64,000 bases of DNA from Deltaproteobacteria bacterium (GTDB lineage: Bacteria > Chloroflexota > Dehalococcoidia > Dehalococcoidales > BS750m-G39), in contig JAUVYB010000001.1 in assembly GCA_030603275.1 (NCBI GenBank), forward strand, positions 19,832-83,831. The letters are read 5' to 3'. The position numbers and the translations under genes were made by a program. This document shows positions 10,511-19,109 of the stretch, one piece after another; the stretch's first letter is position 1, and every line of letters starts with the position of its first letter. Below the pieces are notes generated by a model. That model worked only from the letters and a program-made list of their open reading frames with translations, was not told the DNA's origin and did no database searches.

Positions 10511-11356
10511 TTATGTAAAAATACTGGCCTCTGTCAAGCGGCGTTCGCTTCTGACCAGGGTTTCCCCCTTTTCCACCGCCTCTCCAACTATATCTTTACC
10601 CAGCAGCGCGGCCCCGATAGCCCCGGTAAGCAAGGGCTCAGGAGGCAGCAGCACCGGAAAGCCCAGTTTAGCTTCCAAAGCCTTTACCAAACCGATATTC
10701 TTAGCCCCACCGCCGGTCAGGGCTACCTCCCTTTCTATCTTAAGACGTCTTACCATCCCATATATCCGGGTGGCAATCGCCTCATGCAGACTGGCGATAA
10801 TATCAGGCAGTGCCACCCCCTCCGAAAGCCTGGCTACCACCTCCTGAGCGGCAAACACGGTACAGGTGTTACTTATCTCAACCCTATTCTTAGCCTCCAG
10901 TGACAATCTCCCCATATCCTCCAGGCTTACACCAAGCCCCTCGGCCATCACCTCTAAAAACCGGCCGGTGCCGGCAGCACACTTGTCATTCATGACAAAG
11001 TCCACCGCCCGCCCTGCCTTAAGCTTAATCCCCTTGCTGTCCTGACCGCCGATGTCAATCACCGTCCTTGCATCAGGCAGCAGGTGACCAACCCCCCGGG
11101 CGTGACAGGATATCTCGGTTATCTGTTTATCAGCAAAGGGGACATTAATTCGCCCATAACCGGTAGCCACCACATAGGTTATCTCATCAAAGGAAAGCCT
11201 AGCCTTCGCCAACGCCTCTTCCATTACCCGGTTGGCGAGCTTCCTGTGCTCAGGCCCGGTAGGACCGATGACCGAGGCCAGTGTTGCCTCACTCATAATC
11301 ACTACCTTGGTCATAGTGGAACCAATGTCAACCCCGGCAAAATACTGGCTCTTCAC
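10511..11356 (-). CDS. Activator-type ATPase of the BcrA/BcrD/HgdC family, paralogue 1
   Basis: 281 aa with GVDIGSTMTK, DKCAAGTGRFL and NTCTVFAAQE. Its ATG overlaps the stop of the upstream subunit gene by 4 nt. Confidence 0.85.
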   Translation of the reverse strand: MKSQYFAGVDIGSTMTKVVIMSEATLASVIGPTGPEHRKLANRVMEEALAKARLSFDEITYVVATGYGRINVPFADKQITEISCHARGVGHLLPDARTVIDIGGQDSKGIKLKAGRAVDFVMNDKCAAGTGRFLEVMAEGLGVSLEDMGRLSLEAKNRVEISNTCTVFAAQEVVARLSEGVALPDIIASLHEAIATRIYGMVRRLKIEREVALTGGGAKNIGLVKALEAKLGFPVLLPPEPLLTGAIGAALLGKDIVGEAVEKGETLVRSERRLTEASIFT

Positions 11357-12690
11357 CGGCTCTTAACCGCCTCCAGGGTATCAATAAATGCGTCTATCCT
11401 GGCTCTGGTGTCAGCCTCGTTATAGGAACTGATATCGACGATATCACTCTCCAGAATTAGCGATGGAATATCGCGGTAGATCCTCTTCAGCTGATTAAGC
11501 TGCCAGATTAAACCGGGATGCCAGCTGCGGCAGGAAAAGGCTTCATGCATAACTACCCCGTCTATTTTATAATCCTCAATATACTCAATAAGGCGCTCAA
11601 CATCGGGATTAGAGCCGGGGCGCTTTCTTGCTTTATCATGCCGATATGCCCAGTATTTGACCCACCTCCAGGCCAGGTGCTCCAGAGGGTCACTAACCCT
11701 AGGCAAGTCCAGATTATACACCGGTTCCACCAGCCGGTAGGTGACCTCAGCGGGAAATACCGCCCCCTTACTGTTGAAGTAGTTAAAATCAGTCAAAGCA
11801 AACCATGATGGCAGCCCCCCACCCCACAGCAGCCGGTATTTCTCATCGGGAATTACCCCTTCCCTGTTAGCTATCTTAAGCTGCAGCTCATCATATAAGT
11901 CCTTAAAGAAGTCATAAGCCTCCTGAGTTCCCATCATAAAGGTCATGGGCACCATGGTATTCATGGCGTCACCGGTACCCATGGGACAGGGTACCGCCTT
12001 GCGCAAATCATATGCCTCAGAAATCATGTTCCAGGTCCGGTCACTGATGTCAATCACCTCGCTTAAGCGGTCCCAGTCCATCTTCCGGTTGGTATGCCGT
12101 TCCAGAAATGCCACCAGACCCCGCAACTCCTCTACTATATATTTCACATAGTAGCCCTGAACATCGCGGTAATCATAATCGTCCTCATAGGGCGGATAGG
12201 GAAGCCCGGCAACATAGACCGGTACGTCAGGCATATAATGCTGCGCCGCCTGATACCACTTGTACCTGGGGTCGCAGATAATCTGGCCGCTACCCAGCAT
12301 TACCGTAGGCCGGGCCTGCCCTCCCCAGGGAGGATTGGGGGGCATTTCCCCCGTCTCCTCACGCCAGCTATCAAAGCCCAAACCGCAAAGGGCATAGGTG
12401 CAAAGGGAACGGGAGAAGTTCTCCGATTCCGCCTTCTCCAGAAATCTCTGGGCATCACGCTTGACACCGCATACGCCGGCGTAATTCTCCGTCCAGGCAG
12501 GTACTATATCCATAGCCCTGATAATCTCATCGTAGCCGCTATAGATAAAAGAATAAGCTATGGGCCTGCCTTCCTCTTTTGCCCGCAGATTTTCCGCCAG
12601 GGCTGCCTTAACCATGGGACCTACTCTACTGGCAGCCTCGGTAGCTGTCTTTCTCCTTTTCCTCTCTTCCGGTTTCTTCTCCTCAGTCAT
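11353..12690 (-). CDS. Benzoyl-CoA reductase B/O-type or 2-hydroxyacyl-CoA dehydratase large subunit family protein
   Basis: About 445 aa with HgdA/BcrB-family resemblance. I moved the start from 12825 to the ATG at 12690 (MTEEKKPEE...), which has GGAGG upstream and clears the previous gene. Confidence 0.75.
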   Translation of the reverse strand: MTEEKKPEERKRRKTATEAASRVGPMVKAALAENLRAKEEGRPIAYSFIYSGYDEIIRAMDIVPAWTENYAGVCGVKRDAQRFLEKAESENFSRSLCTYALCGLGFDSWREETGEMPPNPPWGGQARPTVMLGSGQIICDPRYKWYQAAQHYMPDVPVYVAGLPYPPYEDDYDYRDVQGYYVKYIVEELRGLVAFLERHTNRKMDWDRLSEVIDISDRTWNMISEAYDLRKAVPCPMGTGDAMNTMVPMTFMMGTQEAYDFFKDLYDELQLKIANREGVIPDEKYRLLWGGGLPSWFALTDFNYFNSKGAVFPAEVTYRLVEPVYNLDLPRVSDPLEHLAWRWVKYWAYRHDKARKRPGSNPDVERLIEYIEDYKIDGVVMHEAFSCRSWHPGLIWQLNQLKRIYRDIPSLILESDIVDISSYNEADTRARIDAFIDTLEAVKSR

Positions 12691-12712
12691 ATCCGCTCTC
12701 CTCCATATACCG

Positions 12713-13888
12713 CTATTTTGAGCCGAGCACTTCCAGAAATGCCTGAATTCTGGTTCTAAGCCGACCAATGGTTGACATGGAATACTCATCCTCAAGATAA
12801 AGCACCGGAGCCCCCACCGATTCAATGTAGCTTTTCATCGCCGGCACATCAAAGCCATAGGGGTCGCAGTACTTATAGATATAGAGCACCACCCCATCCA
12901 CCTTAAAATCCTTGATAAAACGCCCGATATGCCCGAATCTCTCCTCAAGATAATCATCGTAGTCACCCTTCTTCTCCCTGAAGGTCCGGCCGCACTTTAT
13001 CTTCCTCAAATACCGCTCAGCTATACCTTCGATAGGGTCAGCGGTGACATCTGCATCATCAAAGAACTCCCTGGCTCCGGGGCACAAATCATCAGCCACC
13101 ACCCAGGCACCGCTATCCTCAATCAGGTCGATAAAAGTGACATCATCAACTTCGGCGCCGACCACCATTATTCGGGCTGGTTTGGCTGCCAGAACACCAC
13201 CCCTCTGTTTGACCTCCTTGATAACACTATCTATAAGCAGGGTGGCTTCCTCTACCGGCATACTCACCGACGCTATAAGCAATTTGGCTACCTCAGCGCC
13301 CGAGATTAAGGGTGGGGAAGCCTTCCTTAACTCATACAACTCCCTCACCTTAGCCCTGTTTTGATTATAGAGACTAATTGCCTGATTAAGACTCTGGTCA
13401 GAAATCTCCTTACCGGTGAACTTGCTCAAGCTGGTTCTAAACGTATTCAGCAGCGCTTTATAGAATTTGAGCGACGGCCCATCAGTGGAATGGGGCATAT
13501 TGATGAGATGGGAATAGGGGAGGTTAAGGGTATTTTTCCAGACATTGTAAGTCGTGGAGATACTATCACAGGCGTGAGGGATGACGATGCCGTCAAGGAA
13601 CTCATATTTCCCTTTTAGCGACATATCAAACCAGCTCCGCACCAGAGGACAGACGATAGTTTCCATCTCGGTATCAGCCTTGGTAATGGGCTCGTTGACA
13701 TCACCTTTTATCCGGAATGGAACCAGGCCGGCCGCAGCTATAATCTCAACCGGAGTCAAGGCACAAAGATAGCCTATTATCTGCTTCCCCTGCTTTTTCA
13801 GCTCTCTGACTCTGGAGCCGTAGTCCTCATAGTATCTATCTGCCGCCGCCAATCCCCTACTACCAGCTTCTTCTGGCATAACGTCCAT
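12713..13888 (-). CDS. Benzoyl-CoA reductase C/N-type or 2-hydroxyacyl-CoA dehydratase subunit family protein
   Basis: About 391 aa. The N-terminal GKQIIGYLCALTPVEIIAAAGLVPFRIKG is typical of this family. The start is ambiguous: TTG 13900, ATG 13888 or ATG 13879. Confidence 0.75.
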   Translation of the reverse strand: MDVMPEEAGSRGLAAADRYYEDYGSRVRELKKQGKQIIGYLCALTPVEIIAAAGLVPFRIKGDVNEPITKADTEMETIVCPLVRSWFDMSLKGKYEFLDGIVIPHACDSISTTYNVWKNTLNLPYSHLINMPHSTDGPSLKFYKALLNTFRTSLSKFTGKEISDQSLNQAISLYNQNRAKVRELYELRKASPPLISGAEVAKLLIASVSMPVEEATLLIDSVIKEVKQRGGVLAAKPARIMVVGAEVDDVTFIDLIEDSGAWVVADDLCPGAREFFDDADVTADPIEGIAERYLRKIKCGRTFREKKGDYDDYLEERFGHIGRFIKDFKVDGVVLYIYKYCDPYGFDVPAMKSYIESVGAPVLYLEDEYSMSTIGRLRTRIQAFLEVLGSK

Positions 13889-13910
13889 TCCTTTCCCCAA
13901 AAGCCCGGCT

Positions 13911-15119
13911 TCAAGGTATTACCTTTTCATTCTTTAAGTTAGTTATGTCATCCCAGGTATAACCCAGCTCTAACAGAATCTCTTCGGTGTGCTGCCCAAG
14001 CTCAGGCGCTTCTCTTTTCACCGAGGCCGGGGTCTCATGGAAAGTCCACGGGAAACCAAGCATCTTTATCTTGCCCCACACCGGGTGGTCAACCGGGATG
14101 ATATAATCATTAGCCAGGGCCTGCGGGTCCTTAAAAACCTCACTGGCCGACTGAATTGGAGTATGGATTACATTCTCCTTCTTAAAAATCTTCATCCACT
14201 CATCTCTGGCCTTGGTAGCAAATCTCTCATCCAGAATAGCCACCAGCTCTTTGCCATTATCATGCCTGGCTTCTATAGTACTAAATTTGGGGTCATGCTC
14301 CAGTTCCTCCAGGCCCATTGCCTTACACACGTTAGGCCAGTACCTATCCGGTTGGAGGTGAGCAATGACAATCCATTTGTCGTCGGCACACTTATAGTGG
14401 CTATAAATAGGGTTACCCGCTTCCGACCTGAGCAATCTGGGGAACTCCTGCCCCAAAACCCCGGGAGCGGCAAAGTTAACTCCATGCAAAGCAATCAGGC
14501 TGCCCATTAATGAAGTATCAACCACCTGCCCCTTACCCGTCTTCTCCCTAGCATAGAGTGCAGCGGTCACCGCCCAGGCACACATAAGCCCACCCTGCTC
14601 GTCACCCATCCCTGGAATCAGGGTTCCCGGCGGACCACCCCTCTCCCCACACATCATCATGGTTCCCGACCTGGCTATACCGGTGTAGTCAAAGGAAAGC
14701 TCATTAGCATCCGGGCCTTTTCTGCCCCAACCAGAGGCATGAGCATAAATAAGCCGCGGGTTCCTCTTGAGAAGTTCCTCAGGATCAATCCCCATCCTCT
14801 TTGGTGCCTCTATACTCATATTGGTCAGGAAAACGTCAGCCTTATCGATCAGCTTTAATAATATCTCCATCCCTTTTTTGGTTTTCAGGTCCAGAACGAT
14901 GCTCCTCTTATTGCGATTATTACTCTCAAAGTAATAGTTCCGCCCTTTTAAACCAGTATCGGCGCCAACAATCCTCATCATCCCTCTCGCCGGGTCTCCA
15001 GTATTAGGTTCAACCTTAATTATATCGGCACCCAAATCACCCAGTCTCATTCCAGCCACCGGCCCCTGCTGAAACATAGTTATCTCCACCACCTTAACCC
15101 CATCTAAAGGTCCAGCCAT
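13911..15119 (-). CDS. Family III CoA-transferase (CaiB/BaiF/Frc/FldA family), copy A
   Basis: 402 aa. N-terminus PLDGVKVVEITMFQQGPVAG and the catalytic-Asp context GMGDEQGG fit the family. Confidence 0.85.
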   Translation of the reverse strand: MAGPLDGVKVVEITMFQQGPVAGMRLGDLGADIIKVEPNTGDPARGMMRIVGADTGLKGRNYYFESNNRNKRSIVLDLKTKKGMEILLKLIDKADVFLTNMSIEAPKRMGIDPEELLKRNPRLIYAHASGWGRKGPDANELSFDYTGIARSGTMMMCGERGGPPGTLIPGMGDEQGGLMCAWAVTAALYAREKTGKGQVVDTSLMGSLIALHGVNFAAPGVLGQEFPRLLRSEAGNPIYSHYKCADDKWIVIAHLQPDRYWPNVCKAMGLEELEHDPKFSTIEARHDNGKELVAILDERFATKARDEWMKIFKKENVIHTPIQSASEVFKDPQALANDYIIPVDHPVWGKIKMLGFPWTFHETPASVKREAPELGQHTEEILLELGYTWDDITNLKNEKVIP

Positions 15120-15222
15120 AATTCACACCTCCTTTAGCAAACCTTAACCGAGGCAGGTTCCCCACTAATAATAACAGGAACCGAAGCCAGATAACAGATG
15201 CCCCATTATCCCCCCTCTCGCT

Positions 15223-16431
15223 CTAAAGTATAGCCTTTTCATCCCTTAGCTTGGTAATATCATCCCAGGTGTAACTCAGCTCTAACAGAATCTCCTCAGT
15301 GTGCTGCCCAAATTCAGGTGCCTCCCTTCTTACCGAAGCCGGGGTTTTACTGAAATCCCAGGGAAAGCCAACCACCTTGGTCCTACCCAAGACCGGGTGG
15401 TCAAACCAGGTAACGTAGTCATTGGCTAGAGCCTGGGGGTCATCAACCACCTCGCCGGTCGATTGAATAGGGGTATAGATTATACCCTCCTTCTTAAAAA
15501 TATCAAACCACTCCTCCCTTGTCTTGGTAAGAAACTCTTTATCCATAATAGCGATAAGCTCTCTGGCATTCGCCCCCCTGGCTTCTATACTATTGAACCT
15601 GGGGTCTTTTTCCAACTCGGGCATACCCAGAGCCCGGCATACATTAGGCCAGTACCTGTCCGGCTGGAGGTGAGCCAAAATGAACCATTTGTCATCCCTA
15701 GCTCTATAGTGGTTATAGATTGGGTTACCAGCCTCAGCTCTGACTTCCCTGGGGAATTCCTGGCCCAGTATAGCCGGCGCCGACAAAACCAGACTTAACA
15801 TAGACACTATACTTCCCATTAGCGAGGTATCAACCAGCTGCCCCTTGCCCGTCCTCTCCCTGGCATAGAGGGCAGTGCAAACCGCCCAGGCACAGACCAT
15901 CCCCCCAAGCTCATCGCCCAGCCCGGGCAATATCTGGGCGGGAGGGGTACCACGCTCCCCACAGGACATCATAAGCCCCGAACGGCCTATACCAGTATAA
16001 TCAAAGGAAAGCCCGTTGGCATCAGGGCCCTTCCTGCCCCAGCCCGAGGCTTGAGCGTAGATAAGCCTTGGATTTCTCTCAAGCAGCGCCTCAGGGCTAA
16101 TGCCTATCTTTATCGGTGCCTCTATACTCAGGTTAGTGACAAAGACATCAGCGCCATCAATCAGCTTTAAGAATATCTCCATACCCCTTTCCGTTTTCAG
16201 GTCCAGGACAATGCTCCTCTTATTACGATTGTGATTCTCAAAGTAATAATTCCGCCCCTTCAAACCAACCATGGTACCAATAATTCTCATAAAGCCTCTG
16301 GCCGGGTCTCCAGTTGGAGGTTCCACCTTAATTACATCGGCACCCAGATCCCCCAGCTTGGTGCCGCAAACCGGCCCCTGCTGAAACATGGTCAGTTCCA
16401 CCACTTTAACTCCATCTAACGGTCCAGGCAT
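15223..16431 (-). CDS. Family III CoA-transferase, copy B (tandem paralogue)
   Basis: Also exactly 402 aa and about 70% identical to copy A by eye, with GLGDELGG. The same CATAATTCACACCTCCT string spans both start sites. Confidence 0.85.
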   Translation of the reverse strand: MPGPLDGVKVVELTMFQQGPVCGTKLGDLGADVIKVEPPTGDPARGFMRIIGTMVGLKGRNYYFENHNRNKRSIVLDLKTERGMEIFLKLIDGADVFVTNLSIEAPIKIGISPEALLERNPRLIYAQASGWGRKGPDANGLSFDYTGIGRSGLMMSCGERGTPPAQILPGLGDELGGMVCAWAVCTALYARERTGKGQLVDTSLMGSIVSMLSLVLSAPAILGQEFPREVRAEAGNPIYNHYRARDDKWFILAHLQPDRYWPNVCRALGMPELEKDPRFNSIEARGANARELIAIMDKEFLTKTREEWFDIFKKEGIIYTPIQSTGEVVDDPQALANDYVTWFDHPVLGRTKVVGFPWDFSKTPASVRREAPEFGQHTEEILLELSYTWDDITKLRDEKAIL

Positions 16432-16466
16432 AATTCACACCTCCTCCTTGATATTTTATTGCCTCT

Positions 16467-16496
16467 AATAAACAAAAATCCCTCCGCCTGGGAGGG
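16467..16496 (-). promoter_or_regulatory. Hairpin plus U-run in the leader of the CoA-transferase operon (possible attenuator)
   Basis: On the minus strand, CCCTCC-CAGGC-GGAGGG is followed by ATTTTTGTTTATT. It sits 36-65 nt upstream of the ATG at 16431. Confidence 0.3.
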
Positions 16497-16784
16497 TTAC
16501 TTTCGGATTTCGTTATTTGTTATTAGCTAAGTATTATCAAATTTTCGAATAAGCTGCCCCCCAAGCGCACCTGGTGCGCCCCGTAAAGACGAAGCTGGTA
16601 AAACCTGATAAGACAGCTTGGTTCAACATGATATACCGCGCTAACTTTATCATACGAGATATAGTTTGTCAACAATCCTGGTTCATTGACACCCGGCAGG
16701 CGTTCTGTCCCAGTCCCTTGTTTTGTATTTTAGAAATCCATATAATAGCCTCAATCCCAGAAAAGGGGGCTGTCCAAGATAGCA

Positions 16785-17486
16785 ATGCTGTGCAGATTGA
16801 CAGAGCTATTTACAGTGGCAAAGCGTACCTTCCAAACGGAAGGATTACCCCCTTTACTCACGCGTGGATTTGCCTTTCTGACAGGCTACTTCTTCCAATA
16901 CGGAACTTACTACCTTTATGAAATCGATATTTCGAAGGTATTGAAGCAAAACAATAAGCCCGATTTCCTGCCTGACATCCCGAATTTAACTCTCAAGATA
17001 GTCTCCACAAATGAGCAAGCCGATGAGTTGGATAGAGAGGGTTTTGAGTTTCGCTCACAGTTCATCAATGCTAGGAAAAGACTGGACAGAGGAGCAATAG
17101 CATTCTGCATTTTTATAGGGAGGGAGCTCGCCAACATAGGGTGGATTACCCTGACTAAGCAAGCCAAGGACAGCTTAATTGAACTGCCCTTCAAGGTAGA
17201 TTTTTCAAACAAGGAAGCCTGCACCGGAGGCGCCGTGACAGCTCCAAAATACAGGAACATGGGCATAATGAGGTACAATTATTTTAAAAGGCTTGAATTT
17301 CTAAAGGAAAATGGAAGGCTAAGAGACCGGGCTGCAGTGGCCAAAGGCAACGTCGCGGCTCAGACGGGGGTTGCCAAAATCAGCGATATAAATATAGATG
17401 CTGAAGCCCGCTTCCTAAAACTGCTGTGGTGGAAATTCTGGTGGGAAAAACCGCTAACACCGCCCAGCGTTCATAATCAGGCTTAA
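16785..17486 (+). CDS. Hypothetical protein, GNAT-like acetyltransferase fold suspected
   Basis: 233-aa ORF. The segment GGAVTAPKYRNMGIMRYNYFKRLEFL resembles GNAT motif A. The region is visibly AT-richer than its neighbours, and no clear SD precedes the start. Confidence 0.5.
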   Translation: MLCRLTELFTVAKRTFQTEGLPPLLTRGFAFLTGYFFQYGTYYLYEIDISKVLKQNNKPDFLPDIPNLTLKIVSTNEQADELDREGFEFRSQFINARKRLDRGAIAFCIFIGRELANIGWITLTKQAKDSLIELPFKVDFSNKEACTGGAVTAPKYRNMGIMRYNYFKRLEFLKENGRLRDRAAVAKGNVAAQTGVAKISDINIDAEARFLKLLWWKFWWEKPLTPPSVHNQA

Positions 17487-17558
17487 ACTATCTGAGCACG
17501 TAAAGTCGCCAATATATTCCGCACGCATAAGGGTTTATGGTATAGTGTAAAACAAATC

Positions 17559-19079
17559 ATGCTAGCCAAAGTAACCACCTGTGCTGTAGTCGGGCTGGAA
17601 GGGTTTATTGTCGAGGTTGAGGTAGACATTTCCCCCGGTTTACCCTCATTCACCATAGTGGGACTGCCCGATGCCGCCGTCCAGGAAGCTAAGGAACGGG
17701 TGCGTGTCGCCATCCGTAACTCCGGCTGCACCTTCCCCATGAAACGCATCGTGGTCAATCTGGCTCCGGCCCACCTTAAAAAGGCAGGCCCGGCTTACGA
17801 CCTGCCCATTGCCGTCGGCATTCTCCTCAGCGCAGAGCAGGTGACAGCCGATGTCTCTCAAAACATCCTCCTCGGCGAATTATCTCTGGACGGCATCCTG
17901 CGCCATACCAACGGCATCCTACCCATGGTGGCCCTGGCTCACCAAAAGAAGCTGTCCACCATTATCGTGCCTGAGGTTGACGCCAGAGAGGCATCACTAA
18001 TAGAGGGCACCAAAATCCTCCCCTTTACCTCTCTACCCCAGCTGGTCAGCTACTTCCGGGGAGAAATACCAGCCCCGGAATACAAAGGGGAACCAGCAGA
18101 GAAATATACCCCATCCACCCTGCCCCACACCGACCTGGCCTATATCAAGGGGCAGGAGCATGTAAAACGGGCTCTGGAGGTGGCGGCGGCGGGCGGGCAC
18201 AACCTAATCATGATGGGACCGCCGGGCAGCGGCAAAACACTGCTGGCGCGCTCTCTGCCATCACTACTGCCACCAATGACCAACGCCGAAGCCCTGGAGG
18301 TTACCAAGATATATAGTGTTAGCGGTCTGCTGCCGGCCAATACCCCGCTGCTCAGGGAGCGACCCTTCCGCTCCCCCCACTATACCATCTCCAATGCCGG
18401 GCTGGTGGGCGGCGGGCAGTGGCCTAAACCGGGTGAAATAAGCTTGAGCCACCGGGGGGTGCTATTCCTTGACGAGCTTCCCGAATTCGGGCACTCCGTA
18501 CTGGAAGTCCTGCGCCAGCCCCTGGAAGACAGGGTAATCACCATCAGCCGGGCCCAGGGGAGTGTAACCTTCCCGGCCAACTTTATGCTGGTGGGAGCGA
18601 TGAACCCCTGCCCCTGCGGCTACTACGGCGACCCGTTCAAGCAGTGCACCTGCTCCCCGGGGCTGGTCAGCCGCTACCAGAAACGTATCAGCGGTCCGTT
18701 CATTGACCGGGTTGATATCTTTGTCGAAGTACCCCATATTGACTACGAGAAGCTGGCTGACGATAGGCTAGGGGAAAAATCAGAGAAAGTTCAGAAGAGG
18801 ATTGAAAACGCCCGCTCAACACAGCGCCAGCGCTTTGATGGTACAATACTAGCCTGTAATGCCGAGATGACACCTACTGAGGTAAGGGAATTCTGCCAGG
18901 TAGAGGAATCGGCCCAGAGCCTGCTCAAGACGGCAATGAAACAGCTTTATCTTTCCGCCCGTGCCTTCCACCGCATCCTCAAGATAGGTCGCACCCTGGC
19001 TGACCTGGAAAATACTGATATCATCAAAACCCACCACATTGCCGAAGCTATCCAGTACCGGCCGAGAAGTCTCGTGTAG
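17559..19079 (+). CDS. comM: YifB/ComM-family Mg-chelatase-like AAA+ ATPase
   Basis: 506 aa with an N-terminal Lon-protease-like domain, Walker A GPPGSGKT, Walker B VLFLDELPEF and a C-terminal ChlI-like region. Confidence 0.9.
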   Translation: MLAKVTTCAVVGLEGFIVEVEVDISPGLPSFTIVGLPDAAVQEAKERVRVAIRNSGCTFPMKRIVVNLAPAHLKKAGPAYDLPIAVGILLSAEQVTADVSQNILLGELSLDGILRHTNGILPMVALAHQKKLSTIIVPEVDAREASLIEGTKILPFTSLPQLVSYFRGEIPAPEYKGEPAEKYTPSTLPHTDLAYIKGQEHVKRALEVAAAGGHNLIMMGPPGSGKTLLARSLPSLLPPMTNAEALEVTKIYSVSGLLPANTPLLRERPFRSPHYTISNAGLVGGGQWPKPGEISLSHRGVLFLDELPEFGHSVLEVLRQPLEDRVITISRAQGSVTFPANFMLVGAMNPCPCGYYGDPFKQCTCSPGLVSRYQKRISGPFIDRVDIFVEVPHIDYEKLADDRLGEKSEKVQKRIENARSTQRQRFDGTILACNAEMTPTEVREFCQVEESAQSLLKTAMKQLYLSARAFHRILKIGRTLADLENTDIIKTHHIAEAIQYRPRSLV

Positions 19080-19109
19080 CCGGGGAAGCAGGAACAGCCT
19101 AACTTTCCA

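Noticed and set aside
12691-12825. N-terminal extensions suggested by the ORF track for several genes: 11353-12825, 6266-6937, 54343-54810, 49949-50629, 63097-63816 and 57928-59082.
   Set aside because: The extensions overlap the preceding gene or lack family-like sequence. In each case an internal ATG with an RBS or a canonical family N-terminus gives a better model, so I revised the starts.
16574-16921. 115-aa plus-strand ORF in the AT-rich spacer.
   Set aside because: It has no RBS and a hydrophobic, irregular composition, and it overlaps the better-supported 16785-17486 ORF in another frame.
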